A program made the translations under genes and the position numbers. A model generated the notes under the pieces. That model ran no database searches. It saw nothing but the letters and a program-made list of their open reading frames with translations, and was not told the DNA's origin. A stretch of DNA of 53,150 nucleotides, from positions 1-53,150 of the IMG/VR virus record IMGVR_UViG_3300025769_000161; one strand, written 5' to 3'. Positions 1 to 7,744 of this stretch are shown in pieces. Positions within the stretch are counted from its first letter, which is position 1, and the number at the start of each line of letters is the position of its first letter. The stretch is from a virus. Taxonomy: Duplodnaviria; Caudoviricetes.

Positions 1-21
1 CGGGCGCAAGGACTATCTTGT

Positions 22-29
22 TATATTTG
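22..29 (+). promoter_or_regulatory. Bacteroidota -7 promoter element TATATTTG, 4 nt before ATG 34
   Basis: Matches TAnnTTTG consensus; the same motif and spacing recur before several genes. Confidence 0.7.
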
Positions 30-33
30 CGTC

Positions 34-666
34 ATGAGGCCAGTCAAAGATGGTAAGGTAGGGGATCTGCTCAGTAAGTTGGAGAAGATGCCGTCTAATC
101 AAGAGGTGGGGGACCGTCTTTTGAGTGAAGCCATGAGGAGGTTTCCTGCCCTGAGAAAACTTGGGGAGGTAAGTATCGTACCAGATAGGGAGTTTACCAG
201 AGAGGTGACTGGCATAGGGGATATCGAGTACTATGGCCCCGAACAAGGGGCTATTACGTACCCATCTGGTAACGTGGTGGACAGGCCGTCACCCAAGGGG
301 AGGCACACGGTGCTAGTTAACCCCGATACCAACGACTCTCAAGCTGTTGCTTTGGACTTGCTGCACGGTATGGCAGAGGCTGACCCTAAATTCAGGGATA
401 TGCTGGAGTATTTCGGTGACAGCTTAGACGAAGGGGAGATTAAATACTGGTACACCCAGGACAAGAAGGACGGGTACGCTGGCGACGGGTACGATCACTA
501 CCGACAGAATTACATAGACGGCAAGCTCAGAAACCTGTTGTTCGAAGGGAATGACGATGACTTCGCGAGAGCACGATACAACCCAAGAGAAAGACAAGAT
601 ATGCGAGGATACAACCCTAGAGCATACGAGATTTTTGAAATGATCAAATCATACTTAGAGAAATGA
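34..666 (+). CDS. hypothetical phage protein (210 aa)
   Basis: Long ORF, promoter motif directly upstream, ATGA coupling to next ORF. Confidence 0.75.
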   Translation: MRPVKDGKVGDLLSKLEKMPSNQEVGDRLLSEAMRRFPALRKLGEVSIVPDREFTREVTGIGDIEYYGPEQGAITYPSGNVVDRPSPKGRHTVLVNPDTNDSQAVALDLLHGMAEADPKFRDMLEYFGDSLDEGEIKYWYTQDKKDGYAGDGYDHYRQNYIDGKLRNLLFEGNDDDFARARYNPRERQDMRGYNPRAYEIFEMIKSYLEK

Positions 667-1154
667 GCAATTACGGACCACAGGTGAGCACTCTGCTAAA
701 GGTGCTGGAATCACCTACCGCCAAGGCGAGGGGGATCGAAACCCCTAGGAACACAACCTTCAGGGTATTGAAGGAGGTGTTGGAGAACGACCTCACTCAC
801 AAGCAAGACAAGCATGGGGAGCCTGAATATCAAGCGAGGCAAATCATGGGGGAGCCCAGGTCCCCAGAAAGGCTCAGGGCTGGACTGGGCGGCATCAGAC
901 TCCCTACCGAAGAGATCGTCAACGCTGTTCGCTTTCTGCTGGGCAAGCACAAGGGGAACTTCTTTAGGTTGGATGAGCATTCTCATGGATACTATGAAGA
1001 CGCTGCAGGAAACAGGGTAGACCCCGATAAGAAGGAGAAAGAAAGAAAACAGTCTGAGTACATAATTCCTCAACCAAGGGAAGAGGGTGGACCTAAAACC
1101 AGCAAGCAGCAGGAGGCTGTTGTGAACATGCTACTTAACGGACTTCGTCAGTGA
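663..1154 (+). CDS. hypothetical protein (163 aa)
   Basis: 4-nt start/stop overlaps at both ends; in operon. Confidence 0.7.
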   Translation: MSNYGPQVSTLLKVLESPTAKARGIETPRNTTFRVLKEVLENDLTHKQDKHGEPEYQARQIMGEPRSPERLRAGLGGIRLPTEEIVNAVRFLLGKHKGNFFRLDEHSHGYYEDAAGNRVDPDKKEKERKQSEYIIPQPREEGGPKTSKQQEAVVNMLLNGLRQ

Positions 1155-1732
1155 TGCTAGGACTAGGAACATCAATAAATACGAGCACAGGGAAAACTGG
1201 ATCTGCTGCAAGTCAGCCTGCTGCAGTAATGAGTTATTACTCAGACTTTACTTCTGATGCTGACGGGTTTGATTCGGATGGTAGTACTGGGAGTACAGAC
1301 CCTACAATTAACTTCAATGTAGACAATATTGGAGGAAGGGATGACTGCTTAAGCATGACACTGACGGACGCCCCCACTGGTACGTTTTATTTAGAAAGGG
1401 ACGCCACCGCCGATGCAGAGGGGTGGAAGATTGGCGACTCTGTTTCTGTAGAGTTTGAGGTCAGGTTTGCAGACGTGGCGCCTGTTAATTCAACCGACTT
1501 CGCGTTTCAGATCAGGCTTGGAGGTTTTCACTCTTCCAGAAAGCAAAATATTAACGGGACGGCAGACGACACATGGAGAACCATTACCCACACGTTCGAT
1601 AATATAACCCAAAACAGCGGGACGTCAAATGCAAATCGTGCGTTCTCTCTTGCATTTAACAACTCTGGAAGTAGACCAGCAAACGGAGACATCATTTACA
1701 TAAGAAACGTATCTGTAATACAAACTCGATAA
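1151..1732 (+). CDS. putative virion protein with carbohydrate-binding-like beta-sandwich
   Basis: N-terminal MLGLGTSI, S/T/D-rich, W-R-T-I-T-H-T-F and IYIRNVSV ending typical of CBM/lectin-like folds. Confidence 0.55.
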   Translation: MMLGLGTSINTSTGKTGSAASQPAAVMSYYSDFTSDADGFDSDGSTGSTDPTINFNVDNIGGRDDCLSMTLTDAPTGTFYLERDATADAEGWKIGDSVSVEFEVRFADVAPVNSTDFAFQIRLGGFHSSRKQNINGTADDTWRTITHTFDNITQNSGTSNANRAFSLAFNNSGSRPANGDIIYIRNVSVIQTR

Positions 1733-1736
1733 TAGC

Positions 1737-1744
1737 TATATTTG
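1737..1744 (+). promoter_or_regulatory. -7 element TATATTTG, 4 nt before ATG 1749
   Basis: ctatatttgcttcATG. Confidence 0.7.
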
Positions 1745-1748
1745 CTTC

Positions 1749-2015
1749 ATGGATACTACCCTTATTGATACCATCCCCGCTGTGATCGATACCGTCACCG
1801 CCGTGGTGGCAGACCCAGAAGTGGTCATGGACGCTGTCGAGGAAGGCAGTGCAGTCTGGAACTTCATCGTCACGAACATTGGTGAGCTCGCTATCGGAAT
1901 GCTTGCTTTCATCAAAATCCTCGTGAACCTCACTCCGACCGAAAAAGACAACCAGGTCTTTGGCTGGCTTGATAACCTCATTAACATGATCATCGCTGAT
2001 CGCAAAAAGGCCTAA
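1749..2015 (+). CDS. small membrane protein, holin-like
   Basis: Hydrophobic helix followed by LTPTEKDNQVFGWLD and a basic C-terminus. Confidence 0.55.
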   Translation: MDTTLIDTIPAVIDTVTAVVADPEVVMDAVEEGSAVWNFIVTNIGELAIGMLAFIKILVNLTPTEKDNQVFGWLDNLINMIIADRKKA

Positions 2016-2017
2016 GA

Positions 2018-2635
2018 ATGGCAGACGACAAAAATAAAGTGCCTGTCAGGGCCAGAAGATCTAGCCCTCTTTCTGCAAGGAATAAGACCAAGGACGCTGG
2101 AGGTAAGACAAAGACTGGGGGTATTCTCGGTCAAGACAAGGAAAAGAGAAAAGTCTCAAATCCGTTCGGTCAAGATAAGGACGCAACCACCAAGTCCAAG
2201 AGGAGGGCTGGACAAAGAGTTCAGGTCACCCGCACCGCTTCTGGAAAGGAAAAGATTGTTTACGGAAAAGATGGGGGAATCAAGAAGATTAAGCGTAAAG
2301 GAGCCGCAGCTGAAGGCGGAAAAAAAGAGAAGCTGAGGTTCAGCAACGGCGGAGGTATCAAAGCTGTCAAGAAGTACACAGCTGGCGGAAAGGTCGTTGC
2401 TCAGGGCGCTGACAAGGACGACAAGAAGGCCGACAAGAAAGCCGCTCGTCAAGAAAAGAGAAAAGACAATAAGCAGGCTCGTGCTAAAAAGCGCGGAGAC
2501 CGCAGGCTGAAGAGGGACATCAGGAAGGGTAGGATTAATCCAGTCCCTGGAATGGCTGCTGGAGCCGCAGCCGCATCTGGAGCAGCGTCCAAGGCCGCTA
2601 AAGCCGCTAAAGAAATAACCAGAAAGAATGGCTAA
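2018..2635 (+). CDS. highly basic K/R/G/A-rich protein
   Basis: Composition; in operon; contains FSNGGGI and YTAGGKV motifs. Confidence 0.65.
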   Translation: MADDKNKVPVRARRSSPLSARNKTKDAGGKTKTGGILGQDKEKRKVSNPFGQDKDATTKSKRRAGQRVQVTRTASGKEKIVYGKDGGIKKIKRKGAAAEGGKKEKLRFSNGGGIKAVKKYTAGGKVVAQGADKDDKKADKKAARQEKRKDNKQARAKKRGDRRLKRDIRKGRINPVPGMAAGAAAASGAASKAAKAAKEITRKNG

Positions 2636-3011
2636 GGCAGTAAAGAACAGGTTCGGTAGAAAGGTTACAAAAGAAGTGACCGAGGATGGCGTGAAAACCA
2701 AAGTGATAACCGACCGTAAGGGTCGCGTTAGAAAAGTAAAGACCGAAAAGGACGGGGAGAAGACTGTCATAAAAAACACCAGAAGGGGGCAGAAGACTAA
2801 GCAGAAGAACAAGTCTGAAGACGGGGTCAGAAGTAAGTTCAAAGAGGTTTACAGGGGTGACGGCGGAAGAATGGTCACCAAGAGAAAGCAAACCACCAAT
2901 CGGAAAGGAAAGGAGGCTGGAATGATCAGCATGAAAGACAAGATCGTGGATCGCAAAAACTTCAGCGTGAGGCGTAAAACCAAGGGTGTTGACCCCAAAG
3001 GAGGAGCATAA
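2628..3011 (+). CDS. highly basic protein with KxKV/DGxK repeats
   Basis: 8-nt overlap with upstream ORF, TAATG coupling downstream. Confidence 0.65.
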   Translation: MAKAVKNRFGRKVTKEVTEDGVKTKVITDRKGRVRKVKTEKDGEKTVIKNTRRGQKTKQKNKSEDGVRSKFKEVYRGDGGRMVTKRKQTTNRKGKEAGMISMKDKIVDRKNFSVRRKTKGVDPKGGA

Positions 3012-3580
3012 TGATGAATAACAGCAACATGTCTGACATGATCAGACAAATGATGGAACAGAAGCAAGGTGCTCAGCGCGGACAGCGCGTTCGCCGAGAC
3101 AAAGACATGCCCGAAAAAACCATCATGGGTCAAGACACCTCCACTGTTCGTAGAGAGCAAATGGAGAACGGAGAGACCAAGGAGTATGTCTGGGTTGACA
3201 TGAACGGAGACGGCGCTATGTATGACGCCCCGAACGAAGAATGGGAGTCTATGGGCGCTGTTAAAGTTTATGGGAACTGGAACGAGTACGCCCAGGGCCA
3301 GCTTGACGATGGAAGCATGTTTCTGATGGACGAAGAGTTCCCGATCAGACAAGACGAAGAAGGTAGATTCGTTCTCGACGAAGCCGTGAAAGAAGGGTCT
3401 ATGCAGAGCCCTCAATACGAGGAGACCATGCGCGGAAGAGAAGAGGCGGAAGAAATGGGTCGTCAGTCTACTGGTGGCCCTGGCGCTTCCAAGATGCAGG
3501 ACCTGCTTGAGAGACTCTCTGATAAGGGTCGCCAGAAACCCAGCATGTACAGCGGTGGTCGAGTTGTCGGGTTTAGATAA
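3011..3580 (+). CDS. acidic M/E-rich hypothetical protein ending YSGGRVVGFR
   Basis: Coupled ORF in operon. Confidence 0.7.
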   Translation: MMNNSNMSDMIRQMMEQKQGAQRGQRVRRDKDMPEKTIMGQDTSTVRREQMENGETKEYVWVDMNGDGAMYDAPNEEWESMGAVKVYGNWNEYAQGQLDDGSMFLMDEEFPIRQDEEGRFVLDEAVKEGSMQSPQYEETMRGREEAEEMGRQSTGGPGASKMQDLLERLSDKGRQKPSMYSGGRVVGFR

Positions 3581-3759
3581 TGGGCAGTAAGGGATACTTC
3601 AACCCTAGGCTCAAGACTAAAGATTTCAATAAAAAACTAAATGCAACTTTCCAAAAACCTGTCCCTCAAGGAGGTGACAAAAAGTATCACGGCTTCAAGG
3701 CTTGGTTTGAAAAACGAGCCAAGCGAAAAGCAGATAGCGAATCTGAAGGGCATAGCTGA
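3580..3759 (+). CDS. small basic ORF (59 aa, MGSKGYFNPRLK...) overlapping the endolysin 5' end
   Basis: TAATG coupling to previous stop; translated by hand, below ORF-track cutoff. Confidence 0.4.
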   Translation: MGSKGYFNPRLKTKDFNKKLNATFQKPVPQGGDKKYHGFKAWFEKRAKRKADSESEGHS

Positions 3760-4105
3760 GAACGTGTTCCAGCCTGTCCGAGATCACTTCGGCGTTCCTA
3801 TATACGTGTCCTCTGGATATAGGTCCCCTAGGTTGAACAGCGCCATCGGAGGTAGCCCCTCATCTCAGCATTGTCAGGGTAGGGCCTTGGACTTGGATGC
3901 AGACGTGTACGGAAGGATTAGCAATGCCGATATATTTAGGTACATCAAAGAGAACCTGGACTTCGACCAGTTGATCTGGGAGATGGGTAGTGAGCTGTCT
4001 CCAGCTTGGGTCCACGTCTCATATGTATCAGACAGGGAAAACAGGAAAAAGGTTATGAAGGGTACGCGGTCGCCGAGCGGGGTCATGATGTACTCTCCAT
4101 GGTGA
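3641..4105 (+). CDS. peptidase M15A-like (Zn peptidase), probable endolysin
   Basis: SSGYRS, SQHCQGRALD (H-x6-D) and WVHVS motifs. Confidence 0.85.
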   Translation: MQLSKNLSLKEVTKSITASRLGLKNEPSEKQIANLKGIAENVFQPVRDHFGVPIYVSSGYRSPRLNSAIGGSPSSQHCQGRALDLDADVYGRISNADIFRYIKENLDFDQLIWEMGSELSPAWVHVSYVSDRENRKKVMKGTRSPSGVMMYSPW

Positions 4106-4517
4106 GCTCCTTGTAAAATCTCTGTATCAGAAGCCTGGCCTTTTGGGTTATGGCGTATCGAACCCTATAGTTGTATTTCGTCTCCTCCCTGAAGAGGTGG
4201 TCGTCCATTTCTTGAGATGGGGTAAGCTTATCGAAGTGCTTGTATATGTACTCCTGATTTAGAAGCGGGTATATCACCCTATTGGCCAGGTTGTCATGGT
4301 TCATACCATAGTCCTCGGAGGCGTACTTTATTGTAAAGAACTCCAGGTCGTAACACCAAAGAAGGAACTCAAGGTGGCTAAACGAAATGCTGTTTTTGTC
4401 GCAAAACTCAATCCTAACCTGGTGCAACCTCTTCAGGTCATTCCTAGATACATACCTGGGTTTCATCAGGGAGAAATCCCTAAACATCCTTTTTCTAGCT
4501 ACTTTGGACTTTGGCAT
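4083..4517 (-). CDS. winged-helix-like putative transcription regulator
   Basis: MarR-like pattern (LEFLLWCY...VIYPLLNQEYI...YAITQKARLLI); only minus-strand gene in the late block. Confidence 0.55.
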   Translation of the reverse strand: MPKSKVARKRMFRDFSLMKPRYVSRNDLKRLHQVRIEFCDKNSISFSHLEFLLWCYDLEFFTIKYASEDYGMNHDNLANRVIYPLLNQEYIYKHFDKLTPSQEMDDHLFREETKYNYRVRYAITQKARLLIQRFYKELTMESTS

Positions 4518-4524
4518 GATTACC

Positions 4525-4532
4525 TATCTTTG
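4525..4532 (+). promoter_or_regulatory. -7 element TATCTTTG, 4 nt before ATG 4537
   Basis: TAnnTTTG match; lies within TATC-TTT-GATA palindrome. Confidence 0.6.
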
Positions 4533-4536
4533 ATAC

Positions 4537-4842
4537 ATGAATACAAAAGACAAGGAGTTTATCGCAGAGGTCTACTCCCTGATCATTCAAATTGAAGATC
4601 TCATTAAGAACTTCGGTTACGAAGATAGGGTCATGTCAGCCATGATGCTAGGGGTTCTGGACGTAGATATGACCAAAGAGCCCAAGGAGGGTGACGAGAT
4701 TCAACTGAAGAGCGTGTTCAGTTACAACCTAGATAGCAAGCTGGAATTAGAGATGGTCAAAGAGATCATGGACCAGCAATTCGAAGACCCAGACGAAGAC
4801 CTCAGCGACCTGCTGGGCGACATGGGTATATCCCTGAACTAA
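4537..4842 (+). CDS. acidic hypothetical protein
   Basis: Promoter upstream; TAATG coupling. Confidence 0.7.
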   Translation: MNTKDKEFIAEVYSLIIQIEDLIKNFGYEDRVMSAMMLGVLDVDMTKEPKEGDEIQLKSVFSYNLDSKLELEMVKEIMDQQFEDPDEDLSDLLGDMGISLN

Positions 4843-5078
4843 TGGACGGACTTATCAGAAAAATTATAATCGGGCAAGACCCGAAAAATGGAATGGCGTA
4901 CTTCGTAGGTATGCGTGCTGGAGACGGAAATATATCCGCAATCATCCAAGATGACAGCTACCTGCACAAGTTTGGCAAGTGCAGATACCTAGTGTACACA
5001 GAAAGCAGCAAGGGCACGGACCTTTGGAAAGCGATTGACGATATGCCATGTTTGCTAGAATTTGATTTAGACTTCTAA
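4842..5078 (+). CDS. phage hypothetical protein (IRKIIIGQDPKNGMAYFVG)
   Basis: Coupled ORF upstream of the GroES-like gene. Confidence 0.7.
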   Translation: MDGLIRKIIIGQDPKNGMAYFVGMRAGDGNISAIIQDDSYLHKFGKCRYLVYTESSKGTDLWKAIDDMPCLLEFDLDF

Positions 5079-5082
5079 TATA

Positions 5083-5667
5083 ATGAAATCACTCGAACAC
5101 TTTATTGTAGAAATAGAAAAAGAACTTCAAGACACCATCAAAACCGAATCGGGGCTAGAGCTCTACATAGACACTCAGTACAATGAGTTCGAACACAGAA
5201 CCACAGAAGGAACGGTACTCGCACCGCCCGCCAAGTATAACACGGGTGCGAAGGCTGGAGATACTATTTACTTCCATCATCATGTGGTCATCAATGGTGG
5301 TAGTCCACTTTGCAAAGAAGACAATCAGTATATCGTCAACTATAGTCACGACCATGCGGCTGCGAATCAGGCGATCGCTTACAAAGACAAGGACACTGGC
5401 AAGATCCATCCGATCAAGGGTTGGAGTTTGCTTGAGCCTGTTGATGAAGGTGGTGAAGGATCTGACGAATCTGAACTGAAAATAGTTAAGCTGGAAGAAG
5501 ACCCAGTCACAGAAGGTGTGGTATCCTTTTCATCCCAAGAGCTTGATGAACTCGGCGTATCCAATGGAGACGTGGTTGGCTTCAAAAAGAACAGAGACTA
5601 CAGAATTAAAATCGATGGCAAGGAATACTACAGGGTCGCGGTCACGGAGCTCCTCTACAAAGTTTAA
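5083..5667 (+). CDS. GroES-like co-chaperonin, two GroES-like halves
   Basis: KTESGLEL, GTVLA..GDTIYF, GVV..GDVVGF..IDGKEYY motifs. Confidence 0.7.
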   Translation: MKSLEHFIVEIEKELQDTIKTESGLELYIDTQYNEFEHRTTEGTVLAPPAKYNTGAKAGDTIYFHHHVVINGGSPLCKEDNQYIVNYSHDHAAANQAIAYKDKDTGKIHPIKGWSLLEPVDEGGEGSDESELKIVKLEEDPVTEGVVSFSSQELDELGVSNGDVVGFKKNRDYRIKIDGKEYYRVAVTELLYKV

Positions 5668-5938
5668 TACCCTCTCGGCTGCTGTTAAGCTAATGGACGC
5701 CATGGCGATAGCTATTGACAACATGATCGAAGAGGTGAAAAAACCAGTAGACCAGGATGTAAACGGATCCGCAAGAAAGGCCGAACTTCAAGCTGTAAAA
5801 CAAACCGCTGTCGACTGCAAGGAGCTAATACGCGAACGGCAGTCTCTAGAGCAGATGGTAAAAGAGCTACAAGAAAATGGAGAAGTCCAAGAAGACAAAG
5901 ACTATTCAGGAGGGTTCGCTGAAAAGTTCAGCAAGTAA
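5615..5938 (+). CDS. helical protein, possible terminase small subunit
   Basis: Coiled/helical, ends GGFAEKFSK, upstream of terL; start reassigned to ATG 5615 (uncertain). Confidence 0.45.
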   Translation: MARNTTGSRSRSSSTKFNTLSAAVKLMDAMAIAIDNMIEEVKKPVDQDVNGSARKAELQAVKQTAVDCKELIRERQSLEQMVKELQENGEVQEDKDYSGGFAEKFSK

Positions 5939-6018
5939 TCACACCTTGACGACGAAGTCGTTTAATTGGGTATCTTCGTCTACGACAGATCACATATACT
6001 TTAACGACGAATGGAACG

Positions 6019-6252
6019 GTGAGTACGAAAACTAGAAGAAATTACAAAGAAGAGTACAGAAAGTATGGATCAAGCGAAGAAGCCAAAGCGTACCGTGCCG
6101 AACTCAACGCGCACAACCGAAAAAAGGGGACGTATGGTAACGGTGATGGCTTGGACGCCTCTCACTCAGGTGGTCGCATACGTGGCTGGCTCAGAGAGAA
6201 ACTAAACAGAGCGAACAACAGGCCTAAGAGAAGGGCCAGTAAGGGTAAGTAA
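6019..6252 (+). CDS. small HNH-like endonuclease
   Basis: RNYKEEY...GDGLDASH...NRANN pattern. Confidence 0.6.
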   Translation: MSTKTRRNYKEEYRKYGSSEEAKAYRAELNAHNRKKGTYGNGDGLDASHSGGRIRGWLREKLNRANNRPKRRASKGK

Positions 6253-6292
6253 TCGACACGACGGCCCCCTACGTAAAAGGGGTTGATCAAAC

Positions 6293-6369
6293 TGGGGCGT
6301 AGTTCAGTTGGTTAGAGCGTCTGTCTTATACACAGGATGTCGCGGGTTCGAACCCCGCCGCCCCAACCA
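6293..6369 (+). tRNA. trnI: tRNA-Ile(UAU)
   Basis: Cloverleaf: TGGGGCG/CGCCCCA acceptor, anticodon arm TCTGT-CT TAT AC-ACAGG, GGTTCGAA T-loop, encoded CCA. Confidence 0.88.
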
Positions 6370-6443
6370 GCCCTTGTAGCTCAGTTGGATAGAGCAACAG
6401 CCTTCTAAGCTGTCGGTCCCAGGTTCGAGTCCTGGCAAGGGTA
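6370..6443 (+). tRNA. trnR: tRNA-Arg(UCU)
   Basis: Cloverleaf: GCCCTTG/CAAGGGT, ACAGC-CT TCT AA-GCTGT, GGTTCGAG; no encoded CCA. Confidence 0.92.
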
Positions 6444-6459
6444 CATAATTAAATAGAAT

Positions 6460-7575
6460 ATGAAGTTTACTTTTCACGCATTAGGATTGCCGCACACAAG
6501 GACTACCGAGGAGTTCAGTGCCTGCGCTTACACACAGAAGGTCTTGAAGTTCTGCAAGATGATGACAGAACGAGGGCATACGGTAATACACTACGGAACA
6601 GAAGGCAGTGATCCGATCTGCACTGAGCACGTCGACGTACTGACCAAAGAGACTTGGGATAAGGTTTACGGGGATCACGACTTTAAGAGCAAGTTCTTTA
6701 CGTTCGCTACCGACGACGATGCGTATCAAGAGTTCTATAAGACAGCTATTGAGGAGGTAGAGAAAAGAAAAAAGAAGCACGACTTCATCCTCGCTTTTTG
6801 GGGTCATGGTGTTAGAGCTATCTGCGACGCTCACCAGGACCTGATTGTAGTAGAGCCAGGAATCGGGTACTCTTCAGGTCACTGGGCAAGATGGAAGGTC
6901 TTTGAATCCCATGCTTTGCTCCATGCATACAGGGGTGTCGGTAGCGTGTCTCGTGCAATTATGGATTGGTATGAGACTGTGATCCCCAACTACTTTGACC
7001 TAAAGGACTTTGAAAGAGGTCCAGATGATCGGGATGATTATATGCTTTTTGTTGGAAGGGTGTATGACGGAAAGGGTGTCAACATTGCTATTCAGGTTAC
7101 AGAACACCTTGGGATTAAGCTGAAGATCGCGGGACAGCTGGGTGACGAGTATAGCTGCGTGGAGTGCCTTCCAGATCACGTTGAGTATGTCGGATATGTT
7201 GGCCTTGAGGAGAGAAAAGAACTCATGATGAATGCTATTGGCAGCTACGTTCCATCAATGTACATAGAGCCTTTCGGGGGCGTTCAGGTAGAGAACCTTT
7301 TGTGCGGCACACCAACGATTACTACTGACTGGGGCGCTTTCTCAGAAAACAACATTCACGGAGTGACAGGGTATAGGTGCAGAACCTTTAATGACTTTGT
7401 GGAAGCTACTCAAAAGCTGATCAATAAGGAAATTGATTATGATGACTGCAGAAAGAAAGGAGAAGAGTTCTCTCTAGAGAATATCGCGCCTAAGTACGAA
7501 AAGTACTTTGAGGACGTAATGAACGTATACACCAACAAGGGCTGGTATCAATTAAAAGAAGATGTCGAAGTATAA
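6460..7575 (+). CDS. GT-B glycosyltransferase (GT4/Glycos_transf_1-like)
   Basis: FVGRV..GKG, PS..IEPFGGVQVE (E-x7-E), GTPTITTDWGAFSE motifs. Confidence 0.85.
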   Translation: MKFTFHALGLPHTRTTEEFSACAYTQKVLKFCKMMTERGHTVIHYGTEGSDPICTEHVDVLTKETWDKVYGDHDFKSKFFTFATDDDAYQEFYKTAIEEVEKRKKKHDFILAFWGHGVRAICDAHQDLIVVEPGIGYSSGHWARWKVFESHALLHAYRGVGSVSRAIMDWYETVIPNYFDLKDFERGPDDRDDYMLFVGRVYDGKGVNIAIQVTEHLGIKLKIAGQLGDEYSCVECLPDHVEYVGYVGLEERKELMMNAIGSYVPSMYIEPFGGVQVENLLCGTPTITTDWGAFSENNIHGVTGYRCRTFNDFVEATQKLINKEIDYDDCRKKGEEFSLENIAPKYEKYFEDVMNVYTNKGWYQLKEDVEV

Positions 7576-7744
7576 GTGCGAGTGCGGCAAAACCGTAGAC
7601 CATAGCGGAAGCGTATCGATCAAAGTCATTGACGGCCAGGTTCGTCACGATGTAAAGTGCGAATGCGGGAAGTACATGGAGCTGGCTGAAAAGAAGGTTG
7701 GCATGCCCTCATTCAAAAGCAATCGCTATGGACAAGTCCGATGA
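7562..7744 (+). CDS. small zinc-ribbon protein
   Basis: Two KCECGK motifs. Confidence 0.65.
   Translation: MSKYKCECGKTVDHSGSVSIKVIDGQVRHDVKCECGKYMELAEKKVGMPSFKSNRYGQVR

Noticed and set aside
5919-6034. Short open frame ending ...HIYFNDEWNGEYEN-TAG
   Set aside because: No clear start codon; cannot be supported without homologues
6253-6292. Hairpin GGCCCC/GGGGTT upstream of the tRNAs
   Set aside because: Short single stem; not a cloverleaf and too little support for a separate RNA
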